Part shown: piece after piece, positions 9,128 to 17,866 of the stretch
How the letters are laid out: every line of letters begins with the position of its first letter
Position numbering within the stretch: the stretch's first letter is position 1
From: Acutalibacteraceae bacterium
GTDB taxonomy: Bacteria > Bacillota > Clostridia > Oscillospirales > Acutalibacteraceae
DNA length: 57,226 bases
Direction of reading: 5' to 3'
Assembly: GCA_036549705.1 (NCBI GenBank)
Contig: JAXKHT010000004.1
Span: forward strand, 1 to 57,226
Notes under the pieces: model-generated
Told to the model about the DNA's origin: nothing
The model's input: only the letters and a program-made list of their open reading frames with translations
Databases searched by the model: none
Translations under genes and position numbers: made by a program

Positions 9128-9214
9128 TGGTGCTGGTGACCGGACTTGAACCGGTACGGTATTTCTACCGAGGGATTTTAAGTCCCTTGCGTCTGCCTAT
9201 TCCGCCACACCAGC
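9128..9214 (-). tRNA. tRNA-Leu (anticodon UAA), CCA encoded
   Basis: GCTGGTGTGGCGGAATAGGCAGACGC AAGGGACT-TAA-AATCCCT, long variable arm, GGTTCAAGTCC, CACCAGCACCA. Confidence 0.97.
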
Positions 9215-9233
9215 GTATTTAACTAACATTTGA

Positions 9234-9262
9234 ATTATAGCATAGTAACCTGTAGTTGTCAA
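9234..9262 (-). promoter_or_regulatory. tRNA promoter
   Basis: Perfect TTGACA-17-TATAAT on minus strand. Confidence 0.8.
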
Positions 9263-9524
9263 TATAAAATTTTGAAAAATTACAACATTTCTCATAAAGT
9301 TATATTAGTTAATTTACAAGGCGAGTTTCAAAATAGAGCCTGAGGTGAAAATTACTGTAGATAAGAAAATGTGGTAGGCTTTGGTGTACAAAGAAGATAC
9401 CATACATAAAAGAAAAAAGTTAATTCCCAAAATAAGTTTCAACATAAACATTTATGTGTGTGTTACTTTGGGAATTAACAATTATTTTAATTATTAAATA
9501 TTATGTTATAGATATTAAACTGTA

Positions 9525-10379
9525 TTATACAGTCATACTTGTTACAGCAAAGTATATTAGTACAAGAATACCTAATGCTATTCTGTACCAGCCAAATACC
9601 TTGAAATCGTGCTTTTTAATGAATTTAAGTAGGAATTTAATTACTACAATAGAAACTAAAAATGCTACTACAAAGCCAACAGCTAAAACAATAAGCTCGT
9701 TTGCTGTAAACGCAAAGCCGAATTTAACAAGTTTAAGCAGGCTTGCACCAGCCATTACAGGAATAGCCAAGAAGAATGTAAAATCTGCGGCAACGGTTCT
9801 TGAAACACCTATTAGCAAGGCACCTACTATTGTAGCACCTGAACGAGAAACTCCAGGGAAAATAGCCGCCAACAGCTGGAACACTCCAATTATTAGCACC
9901 ACTTTATATGTAAGGTCGCTAATTGATGTGATTTTAGCTTCTCTTTTTTTATTCCAGTTTTCTACTACAATAAATGCTATACCAAATACTATTAGAGATA
10001 TTGCAACAACAACATAGTTGTACAAATATTTTTCCAGTATATCATCAAGTAGTATTCCTACAACAGCGGCAGGGATACAGGCAACTAGAATTTTTCCCCA
10101 TAGTGCCATTATATCTGTTTTTACATAGGATTTTAAGCCTTTTTCGGATTTGTCATTTAGCTTAAATGGCCATATTTGTTTCCAGTAGATTATAACAACT
10201 GCTAAAATTGCTCCTAACTGGATAACAACCTCGAAAACGGACTTAAATTCTTGTGATATATTTAAAGAGATAAACTCATCAAGCAATATCATATGACCTG
10301 TACTGCTTATTGGTAGCCATTCTGTTATGCCCTCTACTATGCCGAAAAGTACGGATTTTAGAATTTCTAATATATCCAT
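9525..10379 (-). CDS. uppP: Undecaprenyl-diphosphate phosphatase (BacA)
   Basis: GIVEGITEWLPISSTGH, FEVVIQLGAILAV, PGVSRSGATI. Confidence 0.97.
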   Translation of the reverse strand: MDILEILKSVLFGIVEGITEWLPISSTGHMILLDEFISLNISQEFKSVFEVVIQLGAILAVVIIYWKQIWPFKLNDKSEKGLKSYVKTDIMALWGKILVACIPAAVVGILLDDILEKYLYNYVVVAISLIVFGIAFIVVENWNKKREAKITSISDLTYKVVLIIGVFQLLAAIFPGVSRSGATIVGALLIGVSRTVAADFTFFLAIPVMAGASLLKLVKFGFAFTANELIVLAVGFVVAFLVSIVVIKFLLKFIKKHDFKVFGWYRIALGILVLIYFAVTSMTV

Positions 10380-11948
10380 TTACTCCACCTTCCATTCTAC
10401 GCCTTGTGGGGTATCAATAAGTGTAACACCCTTTGCTTTAAGCTCATCTCTTATTGCGTCTGCTGTTGCCCAATCTTTATTGGCTTTTGCTTGGGTACGG
10501 TTTGCTATCATTTCTTCTATCCATTTTGTGTCTACAGTTGGGGTGGCTTCTTCTTTATGCCATTTAACACCGTTTGGAGTATCCTCCAGCACAATATTTC
10601 TTGCTTTTAGCTCATCTCTTATTGCGTCTGCTGTTGCCCAGTCTTTATTTGCTCTTGCCTGATTACGCTTTTCTATAAGCTGTTCAATCTCTTGTGCTTC
10701 AGCTGTGTTTGTAGCTGTTTGAGATACATTACCATCTAGCAAGCCAATAGATAAAACAGTGTCATAGCTTTGTAGAACATATCTTTTTGTTGCATCGTTT
10801 GTGTCTGCCTTTAGAACATCATATACAGCTGTTAAAGCCAAAGATGTGTTAAGGTCGTTATCCATAGCAGTTTTAAAGTTTGCAATATATTCCTCTGCCT
10901 TAGCCATATCAACTTCGCCCTCTGTTGACAATGCGTTAATTCTTTTTATTAGCTTTTCGTAAGCCTTTGCGGTATTGTCTAGGCTTTCGTAGGTGAATGT
11001 AAGAGGCTTTCTGTAATGAGATTGCAAACAGAACATACGGTAAACAAGTGGGTTGTAGCCTTTTTCTTGTAGTAATGATACTGTTAGGAAATCTCCCTTT
11101 GATTTACTCATTTTACCTCTTGCATCATTTAGGTGTAGCACGTGGAACCAATAATTACACCATTTATGACCAACAAAGGCTTCACTTTGTGCGATTTCGT
11201 TTGTATGGTGAGGGAATGCGTTATCAATACCGCCACAGTGAATATCTAAATACTCACCAAGGTGCTTAACAGAAATTGCAGAGCACTCTATATGCCAGCC
11301 TGGGTAACCATAGCCCCAAGGACTGTCCCATTTTAGCTCTTGGTCGTCAAATTTTGACTTAGTAAACCACAAAACAAAATCTGCCTTATTTTTCTTGTTG
11401 GTATCTTCCTCAACGCTGTCACGCACACCAACAGCCAAATCCTCTTCTGTTTGGTTGCCAAAAACATAGTAATTATCCAGCTTAGAGGTATCAAAGTATA
11501 CATTACCACCAGCCTGATAAGCATAGCCTTTTTCCAGCAGTACAGAAACCATATTTATAAATTCGTCAATACAGTTTGTAGCAGGCTCTATTACATCAGG
11601 CTTTTTAATATTCAGCTTTTGGCAGTCTGCAAAGAAAGCGTCGGTGTAAAATTTAGCAATTTCAAGCACACCCTTGTTTTCTCTTTTTGCACCGGCAAGC
11701 ATTTTGTCCTCGCCTGTGTCGGCATCGCTTGAAAGGTGGCCAACATCTGTTATATTCATAACTCTTGTTACATCATAGCCTGAATATCTTAAATATTTTT
11801 CTAAAACGTCCTCCATTATATAGGTACGCAGGTTGCCTATGTGTGCATAGTGGTAAACAGTAGGGCCACAGGTATACATACGCACCTTGCCTTGTTGGTG
11901 TGGCACAAACTCCTGCTTTTTTTGTCCCAGTGTGTTATACAGTTCCAT
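10380..11948 (-). CDS. cysS: Cysteine--tRNA ligase with duplicated C-terminal domain
   Basis: YTCGPTVY, HIGN, PGWHIECS, FPHHTNEIAQSE, KMSKS; two copies of NKDWATADAIRDELKA..DTP.GV.W. Confidence 0.97.
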   Translation of the reverse strand: MELYNTLGQKKQEFVPHQQGKVRMYTCGPTVYHYAHIGNLRTYIMEDVLEKYLRYSGYDVTRVMNITDVGHLSSDADTGEDKMLAGAKRENKGVLEIAKFYTDAFFADCQKLNIKKPDVIEPATNCIDEFINMVSVLLEKGYAYQAGGNVYFDTSKLDNYYVFGNQTEEDLAVGVRDSVEEDTNKKNKADFVLWFTKSKFDDQELKWDSPWGYGYPGWHIECSAISVKHLGEYLDIHCGGIDNAFPHHTNEIAQSEAFVGHKWCNYWFHVLHLNDARGKMSKSKGDFLTVSLLQEKGYNPLVYRMFCLQSHYRKPLTFTYESLDNTAKAYEKLIKRINALSTEGEVDMAKAEEYIANFKTAMDNDLNTSLALTAVYDVLKADTNDATKRYVLQSYDTVLSIGLLDGNVSQTATNTAEAQEIEQLIEKRNQARANKDWATADAIRDELKARNIVLEDTPNGVKWHKEEATPTVDTKWIEEMIANRTQAKANKDWATADAIRDELKAKGVTLIDTPQGVEWKVE

Positions 11949-11981
11949 TTTTATTCCTCCTAAATTGTTTTTGTTTTTATA

Positions 11982-14654
11982 TTATATATCGTTTTTCTGT
12001 AAACTTTCCAGTTCGTCAATATATTTTTGGGCGGTTTTGGTGTCGTTTAGCTTTTTGTATAACATTATAATATTTATATACATTCCAATAATGTTTGGGT
12101 GGTTAGGTAATGCTGTTTTAAATATAGCTAGTGCCTTTTCATATTGCTCTATAGCCTTATCATAGTCACCTTTATCAACATAAGCAACACCTAAATTATT
12201 ATATGAACCTGCCAAGTTTGGATGATTTGACGGTAAAACTTCTTCTCTAATTTTTAGTGCCTTTTTATGATAGTCAATAGCCTTATCATATTCACCTTTA
12301 TTACTATAAGCAGCACCTAAATTATTATATGACATTGCCAAAGACGGATGATTTGGCGGTAAAACTTCTTCCTTAATTTTTAGTGCCTTTTCATAATATT
12401 CAATAGCCTTATCATATTCACCTTTATTACTATAAGCAACACCTAAATTATTATATGACATTGCCAAGTCCGGATGATTTGGCGGTAAAACCTCTTCCCT
12501 AATTTTTAGTGCCTTTTCATAATATTCAATAGCATTATCATATTCACCTTTATTACCATAAGCAACACCTAAATTATTATATGAACTTGCCAAAGACGGA
12601 TGATGTGGCGGTAAAACTTCTTCAAAAATTTTTAGTGCCTTTTCATAATATTCAATAGCATTATCATATTCACCTTTATCACCATAAGCAACACCTAAAT
12701 TATTATATGTTGTTGCCAAGTCTGGATGATTTGACGGTAAAACTTTTTCAACAATTTCTAGTTCCTTTTCACGATACTCGCACTGTTTAGTATAGTTACC
12801 TTTAGTACCATACCCTGATGCTAATTCTGAATATAAATCTGCTAAATAAATTTTGTTATCAGAATTACTATTTAACTCATTAATAACCCAATTCACAAAA
12901 CTATGCCACTCGTCCTGTGTATCCCAATCCATAAGACCACGCACAATAAAGGTTGTAAAATATTTTCTAAATTTTTTATTTAAAAATATTTCTTTTATCC
13001 AATCTTTAGCTGTATCATCTTCTATGTTACTTATTCTTGAAATAAAAAAGTATTCACCCACCAAATCAGGATACATTGGTGTAACTATGCTGTTGTTTTC
13101 ATCTTTTTCGCATAGGCTTTTTATAAAACTACGACCATCTTTTGTATTTTGCTTATAATTAAAATCATATTTGAAAGTTTCTATATATTCAAATAAAACC
13201 TTTATAGTGTTGTCCTTTTCAATATCAATTCCACCTGTAGCTGTTGCTATTGCAAGTAAATTTAGGTGACTTTCTAAATTGTCGGCTTCTGGTAGTTTTT
13301 GAGAATACTGGCTAATATAGTTATCCAGTAACTCTTTTGCACCCCAATCTAAATATGACTTCTCTTGTAAACAAGCGTCAGCTGTAAATAGTATAAACAA
13401 ACAGCGGTCAGAAAAATCTGCGTTTGCACCTTTATTAGGCAATGTTTCCTTTACATACCTTATTATATTATCTTTTTCATCTTCTTCAAATTTGTTTTTA
13501 TCAAGAGAAAGCTCTTTTGCTCTAGCTATTGCAAAATCGTCTAGCATAGATTTAATTGCTTCATCATCTAAAGCACCTAAATTTAAGGAAGCTGAGGAAT
13601 ACTCGTAATCTTCTCTATAAGTAGCCATTTCTTTATCATTAAAGATTTGACTATACCAAGTTTCAACACTCATACCAGAGGTGGCGGTGTATTTATCACG
13701 CTCTACAAAGAGTATACGGATATTTTGGTCTTTTCTGTAGGTTGCTTTTATCACCGTGCGTATTTCTTCTTTGCGAGAGCCAGCATAGTCAAATATAAAT
13801 AAAGTTGGGTGTATAAACTCTTTTTCTAAAAGATTATCATAGCTTGTTTTACTTTCGCACCATATTACAACCCAGCCACGCTTTATATACTCCTGTGCAA
13901 TATGTAAAGCCAATTTACTTTTGCCTGTACCACCTTTACCTGTTATTGACCAAAATGTAAATTGTGTATCAAACAACATAAAGTTTTCTATTTGCTTTAA
14001 TTCATCTTCTCTACCGTAAAATCCAATTTTTTCATAAGAATACTTAAAAGGGTTTCTCTTGCTTAGTGGTGGTAGCTGTGATTCTACTAAATAATTTCTT
14101 TTAAGTAGTTCATCAATTTTGCCACTAGCTTCTGCTAACTCTTTACTAAGATTATCATTGTTAATAAGTAGCTGAACAAGTGCGTAATTTTGGTTTAAGA
14201 ATAATTCAACACTCTTTTCGTCGCACAATGTGGTTACAATCATGTTGATTATTCGTTGATAACATTCCTCTGCATTGCCACCTAAAGAATTGTGTTCTTT
14301 ACAAATTCTCTCTACTAAATTATTAGGATTATTTATATAAGATGTAAATATATTGTTTATATTTTCATTATTCTTTTCTGCATTTTCTTTGAATTGCTCT
14401 AAAGACTTTTTAACAGCACCTATAATTGCCTTTTTCTCACTATTTCTTGCTTCACTTTCTATAAAATCGTCTATAGCATTAAATATTTTTGCAAGTAAAT
14501 TTTTCAATTCAGCTTTTGTTGAGGTATCTTTTGCTTCTCGCATTAAGGCAATTCCTATAAATGCATCTTTACAAAAAGTAGGCAGACCTAAGGCTTGCAA
14601 GATTATGTCTAAGGCTGTTCCTGTATCTTTAATTGCAACTGGCGATAAAGCCAT
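11982..14654 (-). CDS. STAND-like P-loop NTPase with C-terminal 42-aa TPR array
   Basis: FYGREDEL, Walker A GKGGTGKS, Walker B LFIFDYA, RILFVER; five HP.LA..YNNLG.AY..KG.YD.AI....KAL.I repeats; GGGGGGAGTGA RBS. Confidence 0.88.
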   Translation of the reverse strand: MALSPVAIKDTGTALDIILQALGLPTFCKDAFIGIALMREAKDTSTKAELKNLLAKIFNAIDDFIESEARNSEKKAIIGAVKKSLEQFKENAEKNNENINNIFTSYINNPNNLVERICKEHNSLGGNAEECYQRIINMIVTTLCDEKSVELFLNQNYALVQLLINNDNLSKELAEASGKIDELLKRNYLVESQLPPLSKRNPFKYSYEKIGFYGREDELKQIENFMLFDTQFTFWSITGKGGTGKSKLALHIAQEYIKRGWVVIWCESKTSYDNLLEKEFIHPTLFIFDYAGSRKEEIRTVIKATYRKDQNIRILFVERDKYTATSGMSVETWYSQIFNDKEMATYREDYEYSSASLNLGALDDEAIKSMLDDFAIARAKELSLDKNKFEEDEKDNIIRYVKETLPNKGANADFSDRCLFILFTADACLQEKSYLDWGAKELLDNYISQYSQKLPEADNLESHLNLLAIATATGGIDIEKDNTIKVLFEYIETFKYDFNYKQNTKDGRSFIKSLCEKDENNSIVTPMYPDLVGEYFFISRISNIEDDTAKDWIKEIFLNKKFRKYFTTFIVRGLMDWDTQDEWHSFVNWVINELNSNSDNKIYLADLYSELASGYGTKGNYTKQCEYREKELEIVEKVLPSNHPDLATTYNNLGVAYGDKGEYDNAIEYYEKALKIFEEVLPPHHPSLASSYNNLGVAYGNKGEYDNAIEYYEKALKIREEVLPPNHPDLAMSYNNLGVAYSNKGEYDKAIEYYEKALKIKEEVLPPNHPSLAMSYNNLGAAYSNKGEYDKAIDYHKKALKIREEVLPSNHPNLAGSYNNLGVAYVDKGDYDKAIEQYEKALAIFKTALPNHPNIIGMYINIIMLYKKLNDTKTAQKYIDELESLQKNDI
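12102..12728 (-). repeat. Five near-identical 126-bp TPR-coding tandem repeats
   Basis: GGATGA anchor recurs every 126 bp (~12220, 12346, 12472, 12598, 12724). Confidence 0.95.
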
Positions 14655-14694
14655 AAATAATCACTCCCCCCTAATTTTATAATACTATTTATCA

Positions 14695-14950
14695 AAATAA
14701 AAACAGCCTTGTCCCAATATAAAAGGGACGAGGCTGTATGCACCGTGGTTCCACCCAGTTTTAGTCTAATAAGACTACACTTAATGGTCATATAACGCTG
14801 ACCACACGCACAGCCATTTCCTGCTGTGTGCCACACCATATGTGTTGCAAAGTGCATTTCGCAGAATTTGTTCATAAACCAAATTTCAGCTGTTTTTGGT
14901 TCTCTCTGTAAGAAAAATACTCTGTTACTTCTTTTTGCAATGGCATTTAT
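14695..14950 (-). promoter_or_regulatory. T-box riboswitch, Cys specifier, with terminator
   Basis: Minus strand: AGAGAG and GCTGAAA stem-I motifs, GAAA-TGC-AC specifier (14854-56), GCGTTA, T-box AACTGGGTGGAACCACG (14744-60), terminator ACAGCCTCGTCCC..GGGACAAGGCTGT-TTTT; TATAAT at 14970-75. Confidence 0.93.
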
Positions 14951-15016
14951 AAAATATTCACTTGCTACTATTATATACTAATATAATAAAAAATTAAAGT
15001 AAAATTATATATAAAA

Positions 15017-15583
15017 TCATTTACAGTTTTTGTACAAATCTGCATTATCCTTTAGGTAAACAACTCCGGAAATTATAGTAAGCAATACAGACACCCAAAT
15101 GCAAACTGCTATAATTACATTAAATATTGGCTCTGCAATGGTTAAACCAAACTGTACTAATAATTTGAAGAAAATTGTTGCAATAATGGCAACAATTTGG
15201 CTTACTGTTTTAGCCTTGCCCCACATATTTGCAGCAACCACCGTGCCTTTTGTGGCTGCAATTAATCTTACAGAGGTAACTGCAAATTCTCTGAACAACA
15301 CAATAATAACAGGCACCGCACCTATTATACCCAACTGAATAAAGCAACAAAATGCAGAGGTTACCAAAATTTTGTCAGCCAGTGGGTCTGCAAACTTTCC
15401 AAAGTCTGTTACCATATTATATTTTCTTGCATAGTAACCGTCAAAAAAATCTGTAACAGAGGCACCTATAAATATAAGCAATGCCCACAAATAGTTAAAT
15501 GGAATGGAATTAACCAATAAAAACAGTACAAAAAGGGGTACTAATAAAATTCTTAACAATGTTAATTTATTAGGTAGGTTCAA
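15017..15583 (-). CDS. pgsA: Phosphatidylglycerophosphate synthase
   Basis: MNLPNKLTLLRI, TDFFDGYYAR..TDFGKFADPLADK. Confidence 0.96.
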   Translation of the reverse strand: MNLPNKLTLLRILLVPLFVLFLLVNSIPFNYLWALLIFIGASVTDFFDGYYARKYNMVTDFGKFADPLADKILVTSAFCCFIQLGIIGAVPVIIVLFREFAVTSVRLIAATKGTVVAANMWGKAKTVSQIVAIIATIFFKLLVQFGLTIAEPIFNVIIAVCIWVSVLLTIISGVVYLKDNADLYKNCK

Positions 15584-15607
15584 GCTATCAACTCTTTCTA
15601 TTTATTA

Positions 15608-16939
15608 TCAAGTCATAACCCCTATTGGGTCACAGTCTAAATAGTCCTCTATTTCTACGGTTACAAATTCACCTATTACAGGTTTATGCTCACCCTCTGC
15701 TTTGAAGAACACTTTTCCATCAACATCTGGTGAGTCTGCCATACTTCTGCCAAAATAGCACTGGGCATATCTGTCGTAGCCCTCGCAAACAACCTCAATC
15801 TGTTTGCCAACAAGCTGTTGACAGTATTCCTCCATAATAGACATTTGCTGTTCCATTATAATTTCTGCTCTGCGTTCCTTTATTTCGTCATCAATCTGAT
15901 TTTCAAAACTGGCAGCAGGAGTGTCCTCCTCTTGAGAATAAGCAAAGCAACCCAGCCTTTGGAACTTAATATCCTGCACAAACTCTGCAAGCTCGTTAAA
16001 TTCTTCTTCAGTTTCTCCTGGAAAACCACAAATAAATGTAGTACGCAAAACAATATCTGGCATTTTTTCCCTTAGCTTTGTTATAACATTTACAATAGTT
16101 TCCTTTGTACCACGCCTGTTCATAGATTTTAGTACTCTATTATTACAGTGCTGTAGAGGAATATCTACATATTTTAGGATTTTATCCTGTCTAGCCATAC
16201 AGTCTATTAATTCATCTGTAAATTCATCAGGATAACAATACAGCAATCTTATCCACTTTAGATTTTCTATTTGGCATAGTTGGTCTAATAATTGTGGTAG
16301 CTTTAGCTCTCCGTATAAATCTATGCCATATCTGGTAACATCTTGAGCAATAAGGATAAGCTCTTTAACACCATTATTAACAAGCTGTTCTGCCTCTGCA
16401 ACTAAAGATTCCATTGTACGGCTTCTAAATTTACCTCTTATTAAAGGTATTGCACAGTATGTACAACGATTGTCACAGCCATCACCCAGCTTTAAATAAG
16501 CATAGTGACTTGGTGTGCTTTGAACTCTGCCACCCTCTAATGGTAAGCATAGTTTACTTGGGTAAAGCTCGGTTTGTTCACCCTGTAAAGATTTTTCCAC
16601 AACCTTTGCAATGTCCTCGTTACCACCAATGCCAACAACTGCGTCTACCTCATAAAGCTGTTCCTTTACAGCGTGTTGGTATCTTTCTGCTAAGCAACCT
16701 GTTACAATAATGCTTTTAATCTTGCCTTCTTCCTTTAGCTTGCCCAGCTCTATAATTTCTTCTATACTTTCCTGCTTTGCAGACTCAATAAAGCCACAGG
16801 TGTTAACAATAACCACATCTGCCATAGCTGGGTCTGCAACTATTTTATAGCCTGCCTGTCTTAATGTGAACAACATCATTTCTGCGTCCACCTGATTTTT
16901 AGCACAGCCAAGGCTGACAATTCCTATTCGTTCATTCAT
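15608..16939 (-). CDS. rimO: Ribosomal protein S12 methylthiotransferase
   Basis: SLGCAKNQVDAE, radical SAM CDNRCTYC, DSPDVDG TRAM; start at MNERIG. Confidence 0.95.
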   Translation of the reverse strand: MNERIGIVSLGCAKNQVDAEMMLFTLRQAGYKIVADPAMADVVIVNTCGFIESAKQESIEEIIELGKLKEEGKIKSIIVTGCLAERYQHAVKEQLYEVDAVVGIGGNEDIAKVVEKSLQGEQTELYPSKLCLPLEGGRVQSTPSHYAYLKLGDGCDNRCTYCAIPLIRGKFRSRTMESLVAEAEQLVNNGVKELILIAQDVTRYGIDLYGELKLPQLLDQLCQIENLKWIRLLYCYPDEFTDELIDCMARQDKILKYVDIPLQHCNNRVLKSMNRRGTKETIVNVITKLREKMPDIVLRTTFICGFPGETEEEFNELAEFVQDIKFQRLGCFAYSQEEDTPAASFENQIDDEIKERRAEIIMEQQMSIMEEYCQQLVGKQIEVVCEGYDRYAQCYFGRSMADSPDVDGKVFFKAEGEHKPVIGEFVTVEIEDYLDCDPIGVMT

Positions 16940-17145
16940 AAATATTAGCCTCTTTAATAAATTATTTTTATGAAAATCATATATAATAATGTTAACATAA
17001 AACTGTCTTTTTGTCACTAGCTTAGCATAATATACTTTATAATTTTGCAGTGAAAAATTACCCATATAACAATATACACCTTGTTATCGGTAATATTATG
17101 TATTATAATTTTAATGCTATAATATTTTAGTAAATGGAGAAAACT

Positions 17146-17694
17146 ATGCTTGAAACACCACGACTAATAATAAGACCATATAAACACAATGACGCAAAAG
17201 CGGTACATAGTGTTATGAATAATTATAATATATTTAAGACAACCTATGGTATTCCATACCCCTGCGATATTCCCTATGTTAAAAAATGGATAAAATTTGT
17301 AATTGAAAATTTATCAAACAGAAAATCCTTTGAATATGCAGTTATAGAAAAATCCAGCGGAAAGTACATAGGTAATGTAGGTTTAATAAATGTAGACACC
17401 AACAGTAAACGCTGTGATATTTCTTATTTTATTGATTACAATATGTGGAACAACGGTTATGCTACAGAAGCAAGTATGAAAATAGTTGAATTTGCATTTT
17501 TAGGGTTAAATATGTATAGAGTTGGCGGTATGTGTATGGCTGTTAATGGTAGTTCAGCCAGAGTTATGGAAAAGCTGGGAATGAAGCACGAGGGTACATT
17601 TAGAAAGTATTTTTACAAGGAAAACAGTTGGGTAGATGCAAAAAACTATTCTATACTAAAAGAAGAATTTGAAGAGCTTTGTAAAATAAAATAA
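17146..17694 (+). CDS. RimJ/RimL-like GNAT acetyltransferase
   Basis: LETPRLIIRP, WNNGYATEA, SARVMEKLGMKHEG; alternative start 17134. Confidence 0.9.
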   Translation: MLETPRLIIRPYKHNDAKAVHSVMNNYNIFKTTYGIPYPCDIPYVKKWIKFVIENLSNRKSFEYAVIEKSSGKYIGNVGLINVDTNSKRCDISYFIDYNMWNNGYATEASMKIVEFAFLGLNMYRVGGMCMAVNGSSARVMEKLGMKHEGTFRKYFYKENSWVDAKNYSILKEEFEELCKIK

Positions 17695-17703
17695 CCAACT
17701 ATA

Positions 17704-17808
17704 TTTTCAACATTTTCAACAATTCAATGTTGAAAACCTGTTGATAACGTTGAGTAATTAACTTTACTAACAAGTTTTCAACAGTTTTTAACATAAAAAT
17801 GTGGAAAA
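17704..17808. promoter_or_regulatory. Cluster of DnaA-box-like 9-mers
   Basis: TTTTCAACA x3, TGTTGAAAA, TGTTGATAA, TGTGGAAAA, TTTTTAACA, TTACTAACA within 105 bp. Confidence 0.6.
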
Positions 17809-17843
17809 GAGGATTTTTGCCTATTGGTAAAATCCTCTTTTTT
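17805..17843. terminator. Bidirectional terminator between GNAT and nnr
   Basis: AAAAGAGGATTTT..AAAATCCTCTTTT. Confidence 0.75.
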
Positions 17844-17866
17844 ATACATTTAACTATTTACATTCT

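Noticed and set aside
9454..10017. 187-aa + strand ORF and similar antisense ORFs (10327, 42724, 45121, 48914, many in the hdr operon)
   Set aside because: Shadows of well-supported genes on the opposite strand; no RBS or motifs.
12102..12728. Possible CRISPR array or DGR target
   Set aside because: Contiguous in-frame 126-bp units with no unique spacers; no cas gene, reverse transcriptase or template repeat in the window.
14609..14875. 88-aa ORF upstream of the TPR gene
   Set aside because: Lies over the T-box RNA and its terminator.
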